A DNA stretch of 64,000 bases from Candidatus Cloacimonadales bacterium (GTDB lineage: Bacteria > Cloacimonadota > Cloacimonadia > Cloacimonadales > JAFGVF01): positions 992,001 through 1,056,000 of the forward strand of contig CAXXJV010000001.1 of assembly GCA_963663475.2 (NCBI GenBank), read 5' to 3'. This document shows positions 47,942-57,218 of this stretch, piece after piece; within the stretch, counting starts at the first letter, position 1, and the number at the start of each line of letters is the position of its first letter. A program made the translations under genes and the position numbers. The notes under the pieces are model-generated. The model worked only from the letters and a program-made list of their open reading frames with translations. It was not told where the DNA came from and made no database searches.

Positions 47942-48874
47942 TTACTCTTCCTCAATATACTTTTCTGCCACAACTGCTGCTACAGCACCGTCGCCAGCTG
48001 CAGTTACTACCTGACGTAAAACCTTATCAGTTACGTCACCACAAGCAAAAATACCAGGAATGTTTGTCTCCATTCTTTCATTTACTTTGATATATTTCTG
48101 AGGACTTAACTCAATTAAACCTTCAACAAAAGTGGAACGAGGAACTGTTCCTACAAACATAAATACTCCATCACAAGCAAACTTACTTTCTTGGCCTGTT
48201 TTTACATTCTTAAGCATGACGTGATCAACCATATCCTCTCCACCAATCTCTGATAGAGTTGAATTCCAGATAAATTCAATTTTTTCATTCTCCATTGCTT
48301 TCTCTTGAGCAACTTTATCTGCATCCATTATGCCTTGGTCATGGATTACTATCATGGTTACTTTATTGACAAACTTAGTTAAGTATATTGCCTCTTCCAC
48401 TGCTGTATTACCATTTCCTACTACAACAATATCTAAATCTTCAAAAAAATCTGCATCACAAGTAGCACAATAGCTTACCCCTCTTCCTCTGAAGGTATTT
48501 TCACCTCTAATTCCTAAAACTCTAGGTTCTGCTCCACTTGCTATGATTAGAGTTTTACTCACAAAAGTCTTGTCTTTAGTTATGATTCTCTTTAAAAAAC
48601 CACCATCTTCCAACTCTACTTTTTCTACCTTGCCCTTGGTAAATTCAACACCAAATTTATCACAATGTTCTTTGAATTTATCCATTATTTCAGGTCCAGA
48701 AGCAGATGGGAAACCTGGATAATTTTCCATCTCACTGGTAGTAGCTGCTTGGCCACCTGTCTTTCTCTTCTGCTCAATAACTAATGTCCTCATCTTAGCA
48801 CGAGCGGCGTATATGGCAGCTGATAAGCCACCTGGTCCACCACCAACAATTATTGTATCATAAATCTTTTCCAT
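47942..48874 (-). CDS. trxB: Thioredoxin-disulfide reductase
   Basis: GGGPGG, ENYPG, GVSYCATCD, GNGNTAVEE, GDV, TAAGDG. Confidence 0.95.
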   Translation of the reverse strand: MEKIYDTIIVGGGPGGLSAAIYAARAKMRTLVIEQKRKTGGQAATTSEMENYPGFPSASGPEIMDKFKEHCDKFGVEFTKGKVEKVELEDGGFLKRIITKDKTFVSKTLIIASGAEPRVLGIRGENTFRGRGVSYCATCDADFFEDLDIVVVGNGNTAVEEAIYLTKFVNKVTMIVIHDQGIMDADKVAQEKAMENEKIEFIWNSTLSEIGGEDMVDHVMLKNVKTGQESKFACDGVFMFVGTVPRSTFVEGLIELSPQKYIKVNERMETNIPGIFACGDVTDKVLRQVVTAAGDGAVAAVVAEKYIEEE

Positions 48875-48886
48875 TAGAACTCCCTT

Positions 48887-49261
48887 CTATTCCATCGCTT
48901 TTAATATTAAATCATAATCAATAGTCTGATAATCTCTGAGGATTTCTTGGTCTCGAATTTCTACAGGCCTATCAGTAAGGAACTTAACATAACTTGCTTT
49001 AGCTTGTTCAATTAATTCTATTGATTCAAAATCAATCCTATTTGCAGGTCCATCGGAAACAACTATAGTCCGGTAGAGTGTTTCATTTGGTTTTAAAGAA
49101 CTATGTAGGGGATGGGTTAATAATTTATAATTCTTATGGAGTAAATCTCTTACCTTGACTATTATTTCAAGGGCAGATATATCTCTATAATCAACTTGCA
49201 ACGAGCTAATATTTAACTCTTTGAACATTGGGTTATTAGTTATTATAATACCTTTTTTCAT
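48887..49261 (-). CDS. grdX: GrdX protein
   Basis: IITNNP, LLTHPLHSSLKPNET, DYQTIDYDLI; first gene of grd operon. Confidence 0.88.
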   Translation of the reverse strand: MKKGIIITNNPMFKELNISSLQVDYRDISALEIIVKVRDLLHKNYKLLTHPLHSSLKPNETLYRTIVVSDGPANRIDFESIELIEQAKASYVKFLTDRPVEIRDQEILRDYQTIDYDLILKAME

Positions 49262-49330
49262 TTTGTCCCCTATTATAAAATGATTAATGAGTAATTATTA
49301 CTCAATATTACTTAATATAATTATATATAT

Positions 49331-49346
49331 TGCATATATCGTGCCA
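49331..49346 (-). promoter_or_regulatory. Sigma-54 (-24/-12) promoter of the grd operon
   Basis: TGGCACGATATATGCA on minus strand (GG-N10-GC), 70 nt upstream of grdX. Confidence 0.82.
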
Positions 49347-49528
49347 AAAATATTAAAATAAGATTATTCTACTTTCTGATAATTAGGGATATTAAAGATA
49401 GTGCTAAAACTTGTGATATCATGCTATGTGAGAGTTATACTTGCAGGAATAAAGAGGGAAAATTATTTACATAGAATAATTTATTAGAGATTATAATAGC
49501 GAAAAAGTAAGAAGATTGGTATAGGATA

Positions 49529-49563
49529 TGGGTAAATAATACCCAATGAGGATTAAATACCCA
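49529..49563. promoter_or_regulatory. Tandem enhancer (UAS) palindromes for a sigma-54 activator
   Basis: TGGGTA-N5-TACCCA (49529-49545) and TGAGGA-N5-TACCCA (49547-49563), about 190-210 bp upstream of the -24 box. Confidence 0.65.
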
Positions 49564-49579
49564 CTTAAAAATAGGGAAA

Positions 49580-50914
49580 TTACTTATTCTGATTCAAATC
49601 AAGCTTCTTTCTCAGGGTTTTTCGATCAATAGAAAGAATCTCAGCAGCTTTAGATTTATTACCTCCAGTAAATTCTAAGACTCTTAGTATGTGTTCTATT
49701 TCTACCTCTTCAAGTGTCTTAAGAATATCACTAGATTCTTTAAGATTAGTTTTCATATAGTCTGGTAAATCGCTTTTAGTTATTAAACCATCATCATCGA
49801 AAACTATAAGTCTCTGGATAATATTCTCCAACTCTCTAACGTTACCAGGCCATTTATAATTTTTAAGCATTTGCAAGACTCCGTCATCAAATTGAGGAAC
49901 TTGTTTATTAAATTCACGGGCGAATTTAGAAGCAAACCAAGAGCTTAATTGCAGGATATCGTTGCCTCTATCTCTGAGAGGAGGAAGGTCTATTGAGATA
50001 ATATTAAGTCTGTAATAGAGGTCTTCTCTAAATTTTCCAAGTTTAACAAGTTGAGCTAAGTTTTTATTAGTAGCAGCTAATATTCTCACATCAATTTTTA
50101 CAGGTTTATTAGCACCGACCATATAGAATTCTTTTTCTTGGAGAACTCGTAATAGTTTAAGTTGGAGCATTGTAGAGGTTTCAGAAATTTCATCAAGAAA
50201 TATTGTTCCCTTATTAGCAGAATGGAAAAAGCCTTCTTTGGTATGGTCTGCTCCAGTGAAAGAACCTTTAATATGGCCAAAGAGTTCGCTCTCTAGGAGA
50301 GATTCTGGTATAGCTCCACAGTTAATGGGTACAAAGGGGGCAGAAGCTCTATAGCCACTGTAGTGAATTGCTCTGGCAACTAATTCTTTACCAGTACCTG
50401 ATTCACCATTAATAATTATTGTAGAGTTGATAGAGCAAGTTTTTTCGATAATCTTAAAGATGCTTTGCATTTCTTGGGAAGAGCCTATAATACCAAACTT
50501 TTCCCCAATTTTAGACAGGGTTGGGTTTTCTAAAGATTCTCTGTCGTTAAGTTTGTTAAGAACTTCCTCAACACTTTTTAAGAGCTCTTCAGAAGTAAAG
50601 GGTTTGGCTAAATAATTTTCAGCTCCAGCTTTGACTGCTTGCACAGCTGAATCAATAGTAGGATAATCTGTAATAATCATTGCTTGAGTTTTAGGGTGGT
50701 GTTCATTGACATATTTGACCACATCTAAGCCATTAATTTCTGGTATCTGCAAGCCAGTAATGAGCAAGTTTATCTTCAGTTCAGTTAGAATTTCACGGGC
50801 TAAGGAGAAGGTTGTAGTTGTATAGACTTGGTAACCTTTACGAACTAAGTTTCTTTTAATTATTTCTAGTGTTTTTTGGTTATCATCAAAGATAAGGATA
50901 CTTGCATTATTCAT
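49580..50914 (-). CDS. NtrC-family sigma-54 activator with aspartate-less receiver domain
   Basis: Receiver FDD...ITG54LQIP...T82D83...K104P; AAA+ GESGTGKE, GSFTGA, FLDEI, FREDLYYRL, WPGNVREL; Fis-type HTH. Confidence 0.92.
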   Translation of the reverse strand: MNNASILIFDDNQKTLEIIKRNLVRKGYQVYTTTTFSLAREILTELKINLLITGLQIPEINGLDVVKYVNEHHPKTQAMIITDYPTIDSAVQAVKAGAENYLAKPFTSEELLKSVEEVLNKLNDRESLENPTLSKIGEKFGIIGSSQEMQSIFKIIEKTCSINSTIIINGESGTGKELVARAIHYSGYRASAPFVPINCGAIPESLLESELFGHIKGSFTGADHTKEGFFHSANKGTIFLDEISETSTMLQLKLLRVLQEKEFYMVGANKPVKIDVRILAATNKNLAQLVKLGKFREDLYYRLNIISIDLPPLRDRGNDILQLSSWFASKFAREFNKQVPQFDDGVLQMLKNYKWPGNVRELENIIQRLIVFDDDGLITKSDLPDYMKTNLKESSDILKTLEEVEIEHILRVLEFTGGNKSKAAEILSIDRKTLRKKLDLNQNK

Positions 50915-52415
50915 TAGTTACCTCTTTATGAACAGGGAATTGGAGGGTGAAAATAGTGCCATTACCTGGGGATGATTGGAATGAGATAGAACCACCATTT
51001 GCTTCGATAAGGTCTTTAGCTACAGAAAGACCGATACCTGTACCAATATTTTCTTTTTTGGTTGAGAATAAGGGATTGAAAATCTTGTGTTTTACTCCTG
51101 GGTCAATACCTATACCATTATCTGAAACTGTAATAATAACATCATTATCGTTTAGTTCACTTGTAATTTCTATCAAGCCAGTTTTATTCTTAATAGCTTG
51201 TTCTGCATTTAGCAGGATATTGATAAGTATCTGATGAAACTGAGATGGATCAATTAAGATAGAAGGTAGGTTAGGATGTAAATATAGTTTGATACTTATA
51301 TCTTTTCTATTGGATCGAGCTTGGACAAGCATCAAGGCAGATTTAATATTCTGATTTACATCAACTCTTTCAAGTTTACTAGCAACTTCACCTGAAAAGT
51401 GCATCAGTTTCTTGATAATATCACGAGCAGATAGGGAAGCATTAATAATCCTGTTAAGATCTTTTTTAGCATAGTCATCTAGGCTATCATTAGTAGAAAG
51501 TAACTGGGAGAAACCTAGAATATCATTGAGAGGTTCATTGAGCTGAATTGCTACACCAGAAGTTAGCTGACCTAAAGTAGCTAATCTATCAGTATGACGT
51601 AATTGCTTGAAATATTGAGTGTTTGATGTATTGGAAAATTTATTTTCAATAATATGATTTAGTTCTTGAGCAATATCTTTGATTAGTTCTTTCTCAACTT
51701 GGAGGAAGGGGTATTCTGCCTGGGAGAGTATTTCTTGGGGATAAGTAATTTCTAAGAAGCCAACAATTTGCTTATTTAATACCAGGTCAGTCTTCATAGA
51801 AAGAATACTTTCCATAAAGTTTTTGGTAGCAACTAAATGATTACAACATTTTATTCTTGCTTGGGCTAAGTGGTTAAAAGTCCAGGTTGAAGCAATTACC
51901 ACAACAGCTTTTTCCAGAAATTGTTCAAGAGAAATATCCGGAACAAGGGCTAGTGATTTAATTTTATAAAGACAGATAATTTCTTTTGCTCTTTGAATTT
52001 GAATAAACTTAGAGAAGAGTGTATCTAGCATGAGGAAAATGAAGGTGCAAATAGAATCGATTTCTTGGCTAGTGCATTTATTATTTATCAAGATATTGAA
52101 ATCATTTTCTTGCTGGTAACTCTTTGTAATTAATCTTAAAGAGGGATTAAGAGCTAATATTTCTTTAATGGAGATGTTTTTCAAAGAATTATAATGGTTA
52201 TTGTTGTCAAGATTATCTATACTTAAAAACCAATTCCTGCTTAAATACTCACTTTTGATAAAATAGTTACCTATCCTGTAAATAAGTACACTATCTGAAT
52301 AGAGGAGGTTATCTTCTAGTACCTTATGTACATATCTAAGATAAGAGCGATAACTCTTATTGTTCTCGCTCTTATTGTTTAATTCTAATATTATTTTCTC
52401 AAGTTTTGATATCAT
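50907..52415 (-). CDS. Cytoplasmic sensor histidine kinase-like protein lacking the H-box His
   Basis: H-box GVAIQLNEPL (canonical AHELNxPL); intact N, G1, F, G2 boxes (NAEQA, DNGIGI, FSTK, GTGIGL); no TM segments. Confidence 0.88.
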   Translation of the reverse strand: MISKLEKIILELNNKSENNKSYRSYLRYVHKVLEDNLLYSDSVLIYRIGNYFIKSEYLSRNWFLSIDNLDNNNHYNSLKNISIKEILALNPSLRLITKSYQQENDFNILINNKCTSQEIDSICTFIFLMLDTLFSKFIQIQRAKEIICLYKIKSLALVPDISLEQFLEKAVVVIASTWTFNHLAQARIKCCNHLVATKNFMESILSMKTDLVLNKQIVGFLEITYPQEILSQAEYPFLQVEKELIKDIAQELNHIIENKFSNTSNTQYFKQLRHTDRLATLGQLTSGVAIQLNEPLNDILGFSQLLSTNDSLDDYAKKDLNRIINASLSARDIIKKLMHFSGEVASKLERVDVNQNIKSALMLVQARSNRKDISIKLYLHPNLPSILIDPSQFHQILINILLNAEQAIKNKTGLIEITSELNDNDVIITVSDNGIGIDPGVKHKIFNPLFSTKKENIGTGIGLSVAKDLIEANGGSISFQSSPGNGTIFTLQFPVHKEVTNE

Positions 52416-52591
52416 GGATTTAGTTAATTATAGCTTCTTAAATCCGTCAAGTACTCTTTAGCCCAAATTGTAGTAGGCTTTTGTGAATAGCTAAGTATCT
52501 GCACTCTTTATTAAACCCTAATTGTGCTATTCAGCAGAGATCTAATGCATTATTTTGGGTTAAAGTCCTACTAGATCATTGAGAGTTAGTA

Positions 52592-54010
52592 TTACAAGGA
52601 TTTCTTATGAAAGGCAAGTCCTATCTTAGGGTTAGTTATTGAATTTGGACCAGCTATACAGCCACCTTCACAAGCCATTACTTCCATGAAATTAGTGTCT
52701 AATTTCCCCTCAAGAAAAGCCTTAATTCTAAGTCTCGTCTTTTTATCAATACCATTGATAATTTCTGCTTTAAAATCTGCATCTGCTGGAAGATTTAACT
52801 GGATTGCTTGACTAACCCCTTGGCTAACTGCAAAGTTACGTGCAGGAGAAGAACCTGTAAGACTAGGATGCTCTGCTGGTAAATCATTCATTTGTATGTC
52901 ACTAGCAGCTAACATAGCTCCAACCTCTTCAAAAGAAATAACATAATCAGTGTTGGGGTCTGATAATGCTTCACATTTTTTTGCAATACAAGGTCCGATA
53001 AAAACACTGATAGAGTCTGCATCTCTTCTTTTAACCTCCTGGGAAGTATATTTCATAGGAGACAGGGTTGTTGAAACAAATTCAAGTTTGTCTGCTTGAT
53101 GCTTTTCTATATAGTTAACATAGGCAGGACAGCAGGAAGAGGTTAAGGCTGGTTTGCGGATTTGAGATAGTTCTAACCATTCATGAGCTTCTTTTTGACC
53201 TGTTTCTATAGCTCCGTAAGCTACTTCAACTACCTCTGAAAAACCTAACTTTAAAAGGCCTGAAATTATCTTTTCGTAGGCAAGAGTAAACTGGCCAGCT
53301 ATAGCTGGAGCAATCATTGCTACTAGTTTTTTCCCTTTTTTTAATTGCTTTATAACAAAGGGCATTTGTGATTTTTCAAAGATAGCACCAAAAGGACAAG
53401 CATTCATGCATTTACCACAAAAAATACACTTAGTGAAATCAATTTTTGCTATACCATTCTCATCTTTAGAGATAGCATCAACAGGGCAGACTTCTTGGCA
53501 GGGGACAGGTATATAAGTTATGGCATGATAAGGGCAGGCTTCTAGGCATTTCCCACAGTTTTTGCAAAGTTCAGCATCTATTTCTGTATGCCCATTCTTA
53601 AAAGATATTGCTTTAGCAGGACAGTTCATCATGCAGGGTCTGGCTACACAGGCTCGGCAAGCATTGGTTACGAAATAGCTATTTTTTGAACAAGCAGAAC
53701 AGCCCTCGTTTAGTACAGTTAAAAAATTAGCATCAATTTGAGGTTGGTCTAATCTCTCTTCTGCAAATTCTTTAATACTTTTTAATTCATCATCTTCCTC
53801 GTAGCCTACACCAAAACAAGCTAAGGCTGCTGATCTAGTCACAGCTCTTTCTTTATAAATACAGCATCTAATGGAAGATTGACTACCTTTAGGTGTCATC
53901 ATAACTGGTAGTTTGTTTAATTCACTTAGGTCTCTATCATTTAAGAGAATGTCAGCAATTCTAACTTTTAGATCTCTTCTTAATAAGATAGTATTATTTA
54001 TCTGAAACAT
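52592..54010 (-). CDS. Monomeric [FeFe]-hydrogenase with ferredoxin domains (group B / HfsD-like)
   Basis: H-cluster motifs TSSCCP, GPCIAKKCE, EVMACEGGCIAGP; IRCCIYKER; several CxxCxxCxxxCP. Confidence 0.9.
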   Translation of the reverse strand: MFQINNTILLRRDLKVRIADILLNDRDLSELNKLPVMMTPKGSQSSIRCCIYKERAVTRSAALACFGVGYEEDDELKSIKEFAEERLDQPQIDANFLTVLNEGCSACSKNSYFVTNACRACVARPCMMNCPAKAISFKNGHTEIDAELCKNCGKCLEACPYHAITYIPVPCQEVCPVDAISKDENGIAKIDFTKCIFCGKCMNACPFGAIFEKSQMPFVIKQLKKGKKLVAMIAPAIAGQFTLAYEKIISGLLKLGFSEVVEVAYGAIETGQKEAHEWLELSQIRKPALTSSCCPAYVNYIEKHQADKLEFVSTTLSPMKYTSQEVKRRDADSISVFIGPCIAKKCEALSDPNTDYVISFEEVGAMLAASDIQMNDLPAEHPSLTGSSPARNFAVSQGVSQAIQLNLPADADFKAEIINGIDKKTRLRIKAFLEGKLDTNFMEVMACEGGCIAGPNSITNPKIGLAFHKKSL

Positions 54011-54012
54011 GA

Positions 54013-54276
54013 TTACTCCTTGATATTGAAAATACTGTTAAGGTAGGCTATTAGCTTATCAACATTGGCTTGACAGAGTAAGTGGTCACCTACCATAACG
54101 AAGGGTGCACTAGAAGCTGCGTATTCTTTACAATTACCTAAGCAAGGAGAACCATAAATTTCAACTTGATTATTATATCTTTCTTCAATCTCTTTTTTGT
54201 AAATTAATATTTCTGAAGAACCCATTAAATGACAAGTCGTTCCACAACATACTGTTATTCTTATTTGATTTTCCAT
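54013..54276 (-). CDS. Thioredoxin-like [2Fe-2S] ferredoxin (NuoE-like)
   Basis: VCCGTTCHLMG...CLGNC...APFV. Confidence 0.82.
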   Translation of the reverse strand: MENQIRITVCCGTTCHLMGSSEILIYKKEIEERYNNQVEIYGSPCLGNCKEYAASSAPFVMVGDHLLCQANVDKLIAYLNSIFNIKE

Positions 54277-54288
54277 TTTATCCTCTCA

Positions 54289-55485
54289 CTATACAAAGTT
54301 TATTTTTACATCTTTTAAATATCTATCTTCCAAGACTTTTCCAATTCGCCTAATAGTATTACGTCTAATACCTAGCTCAATAGGCATGTTAGGGTCTTGA
54401 TGGGCATCATTAATTTTAGTCCCAACATAAAAATCTATAATATCACTGCTCAAGAATAGTTTGACTAACTTAGTTGCCCCATTATCAATTTTAATGTTCT
54501 CTATAAATTCTTTACTTTTTAAGTACTTCAAGCTTTCTCCCATTGTTATCATTCCCTCAGTAACTAAGTCTATACCTGACATAAAGGAAGAACAGGGAAC
54601 AATAGGATCTAAAGTAGAAATATCAACCTCAACATCTCTATTGAGTTGTCTTGCTAATATTTTAGCTGTAGTTCCTCCACAAATAGCTTTTTTACCTTGG
54701 TAACTGTTAAGAATTTCAGCTAAATATTCATCCTTGTCAGGGTTGATGGGAGGACCAGTTAAAACTACTAGTTTTCTAGGCTTACGAATATTTATGACAC
54801 AGCAGGTAATATCATCTTGGGCTTTGTAATTACTATTGGCAGAAGCATGTTCTACAATTTCTTGGGCAAAACTTCTGGCTGATAAATTTGGGTATTTCTT
54901 AACTAGAAATTGAGCAAAATCTTTAACATTCTCTATCCCCCAACCTAAGGGGTAGGCATTTGACCCCATACCTGATTGGTTAACACCATCGGAGAAGAAA
55001 ATCAATTTGTCACCTAATTCTAGCTGAAAATTGGACATGTTTATGGTATATTTCCGTTTGATATTTTCTATTTTTCCTTGATAGCTTTTTATATAAGGAT
55101 CCATCAACTTATCACCCCTAAGCAAGATAAAAGGAGGATTGTCATAATCAACAATACTGCACTTGCCTTGATAATCAATATCGACTATAGTAAATGTTGC
55201 ATAACTTATTTTGCGAATACTATCTACAGGAAGGGTATTCATTATTGTTTCAGCAGCCTTAATAATATCATACTTATTGCAAGAGTAGGTTAAAGCCATT
55301 TTGGCTGTCATAGAAGAAATAACATTGGCTCTGACTCCGCTACCTAGTCCATCTGAAAGAGTTGCTATTATGCGTTTATCATCCTTAACCTTTGTGCTTA
55401 GAAAGGTATCTCCACAGACCTTTTGTCCATATTTAAACTTCTGAACATAATCTACTTCTATAAAGAAATTATTATTTATCTGCAT
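54289..55485 (-). CDS. SpoIIE/PP2C-family serine phosphatase (HfsC-like)
   Basis: CGD, LSDGLGSG, FSDG, DDIT, CGGTT, DLVTEG. Confidence 0.9.
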   Translation of the reverse strand: MQINNNFFIEVDYVQKFKYGQKVCGDTFLSTKVKDDKRIIATLSDGLGSGVRANVISSMTAKMALTYSCNKYDIIKAAETIMNTLPVDSIRKISYATFTIVDIDYQGKCSIVDYDNPPFILLRGDKLMDPYIKSYQGKIENIKRKYTINMSNFQLELGDKLIFFSDGVNQSGMGSNAYPLGWGIENVKDFAQFLVKKYPNLSARSFAQEIVEHASANSNYKAQDDITCCVINIRKPRKLVVLTGPPINPDKDEYLAEILNSYQGKKAICGGTTAKILARQLNRDVEVDISTLDPIVPCSSFMSGIDLVTEGMITMGESLKYLKSKEFIENIKIDNGATKLVKLFLSSDIIDFYVGTKINDAHQDPNMPIELGIRRNTIRRIGKVLEDRYLKDVKINFV

Positions 55486-55494
55486 AACTACTAC

Positions 55495-57216
55495 CTAATC
55501 AGAAACATTTTCAGTTTTATCAATACCAGAGACATCTATAATAGAATTTAAGGCTATCTCAACTTCTGCTGCATTTTCTCCTAAAAGAAAGGCTATTTTC
55601 TGAACCATATCTAAATTCTTGTTAATTACATTTTTTGCCTGACTTATTGTATGGCCTCTAGCTACTGAGGGAAGAGTAATATCTTGGAGAACAGCTCCAA
55701 CTAATTCATGCTTCTCAATAGAGAATATAGATATTTTTAAATACTTTTCTCCATAACGTAATTCCTTATCTAAAATATCATTACCTTTATCAAGAACTTG
55801 CTTAAACATGCCAGTAAAAGATATCATTTTATCTAATCTGGCTCCATCTAAATCAATTGCATCTGTAGCGAATTGCTCATCTAGACCTAAGATTTTAAAG
55901 AAATTATCATTTGTTTCTTGAATAATCATCTCTTTATCAACAATTATAACTCCAGAAGGCATGGTTCTAAAAAGGGCAGAAGCTTTTTTCTGGGCTAATT
56001 TTCTTAAGTAAGAAACACACATGGAAGCTTCAGCTTTCCCCTCAATTATAGCTTGAGCAAATTCACGACAGGTATTATAGCCACAACCACCACAATTTTT
56101 TTCGTCTTCAGGGCGATTCTTTCCTATTTTGCGAAAAACTTCAGTAATAGTCATTTCTTTATTAATATTATTAGTCAGTTCAATATGTTTATAAGCTTGG
56201 CTAATATCTAATTGAGCTGGTCTTTCTGTCTTTTTTCCAATATATTTATTCTGATTTAAAATATCGATTTCTTTAAGTAAATAGGATTTATCTTTAAAAC
56301 AGGCAGGTCCATTAATACAACCACCTTTGCAAGCAAGAGTCTCCAAGAATATGTTGTTAGTGAGTCCTTTTGCTATCAAGTCATTGAAGAGTTTGCATAT
56401 ATCATCAGTGCCAGAAATAGAGTAACATTGATAGTCACTAGTTTTACTTAGAGCAAGAGTATTAATCATACCCCCTTCCACAGGATAGAGACTTCCCTCC
56501 TGGGCACAAGTTGGTAAGAAATCACAATTATTCTCAGCCTCTAAATGATAAGGATCTATCTTTGAATCTGCAAAGAACTTGTGTAAATCTTTGAAGGTTA
56601 TAGCTAAATCTAAGAGGTCTTGGTGATTATCTGATTCCACTTTTTTAGAAATGCAAGGACCAATAAAAGCAATTAAGTAGTCTGGACCAAAATGCTTTTT
56701 TAAGATTCTGCAATGGGCTAATAAGGGTGAATCTATAGGTATTAAAGAAGAAACTAGCTGAGGGTAATATTTCTCAATTAGTTCTACGATTGTAGGACAG
56801 GCTGTAGAAATCTGAATCCCTTTACTAGTACTTAAATACTGAGTTAAGCTACTGTTTACCTCTTCTGCTCCCAAAGCTGTTTCGGAAACATGGCTTATAC
56901 CTAATTTCTTGAGGCCAGAAATTAGTTTTTCCTTGGGTAAATTAGGAAACTCACTTTTCCAAGAAGGGGCTAAAGAGATTATTATTTTTGCATTTCTTGA
57001 TAAGAGAAGTTTTAATTTAGACAGATCATCTCTGATACTCTTGGCATTAACAGGGCAAATATCAACGCAATGACCACAGTGAATGCAGAGTTCAGGAATA
57101 ATAGAAGCATGATGATTTTCAACTTTGATAGCTTTTACTGGACAGCCTCTCACACACTTATAACAGTCTTGGCACTCAGCAAATTTAGTAAATACAGGTA
57201 AATTATTAGGGTTCAT
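55495..57216 (-). CDS. Putative sensory [FeFe]-hydrogenase with C-terminal FeS and PAS domains (group C, HydS/HfsB-like)
   Basis: Two N-terminal 4Fe-4S motifs; STACP, GPCISKKVE, ETLACKGGCINGP; NCGGCGYNTC; PAS-like MPSGVIIVD; IAFLLGE. Confidence 0.9.
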   Translation of the reverse strand: MNPNNLPVFTKFAECQDCYKCVRGCPVKAIKVENHHASIIPELCIHCGHCVDICPVNAKSIRDDLSKLKLLLSRNAKIIISLAPSWKSEFPNLPKEKLISGLKKLGISHVSETALGAEEVNSSLTQYLSTSKGIQISTACPTIVELIEKYYPQLVSSLIPIDSPLLAHCRILKKHFGPDYLIAFIGPCISKKVESDNHQDLLDLAITFKDLHKFFADSKIDPYHLEAENNCDFLPTCAQEGSLYPVEGGMINTLALSKTSDYQCYSISGTDDICKLFNDLIAKGLTNNIFLETLACKGGCINGPACFKDKSYLLKEIDILNQNKYIGKKTERPAQLDISQAYKHIELTNNINKEMTITEVFRKIGKNRPEDEKNCGGCGYNTCREFAQAIIEGKAEASMCVSYLRKLAQKKASALFRTMPSGVIIVDKEMIIQETNDNFFKILGLDEQFATDAIDLDGARLDKMISFTGMFKQVLDKGNDILDKELRYGEKYLKISIFSIEKHELVGAVLQDITLPSVARGHTISQAKNVINKNLDMVQKIAFLLGENAAEVEIALNSIIDVSGIDKTENVSD

Positions 57217-57218
57217 GA

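Noticed and set aside
2637-55293. Many short antisense or alternative-frame ORFs inside long genes (e.g. 6395-6688, 42956-43345, 45691-46065)
   Set aside because: Shadow ORFs of well-supported genes with no independent evidence
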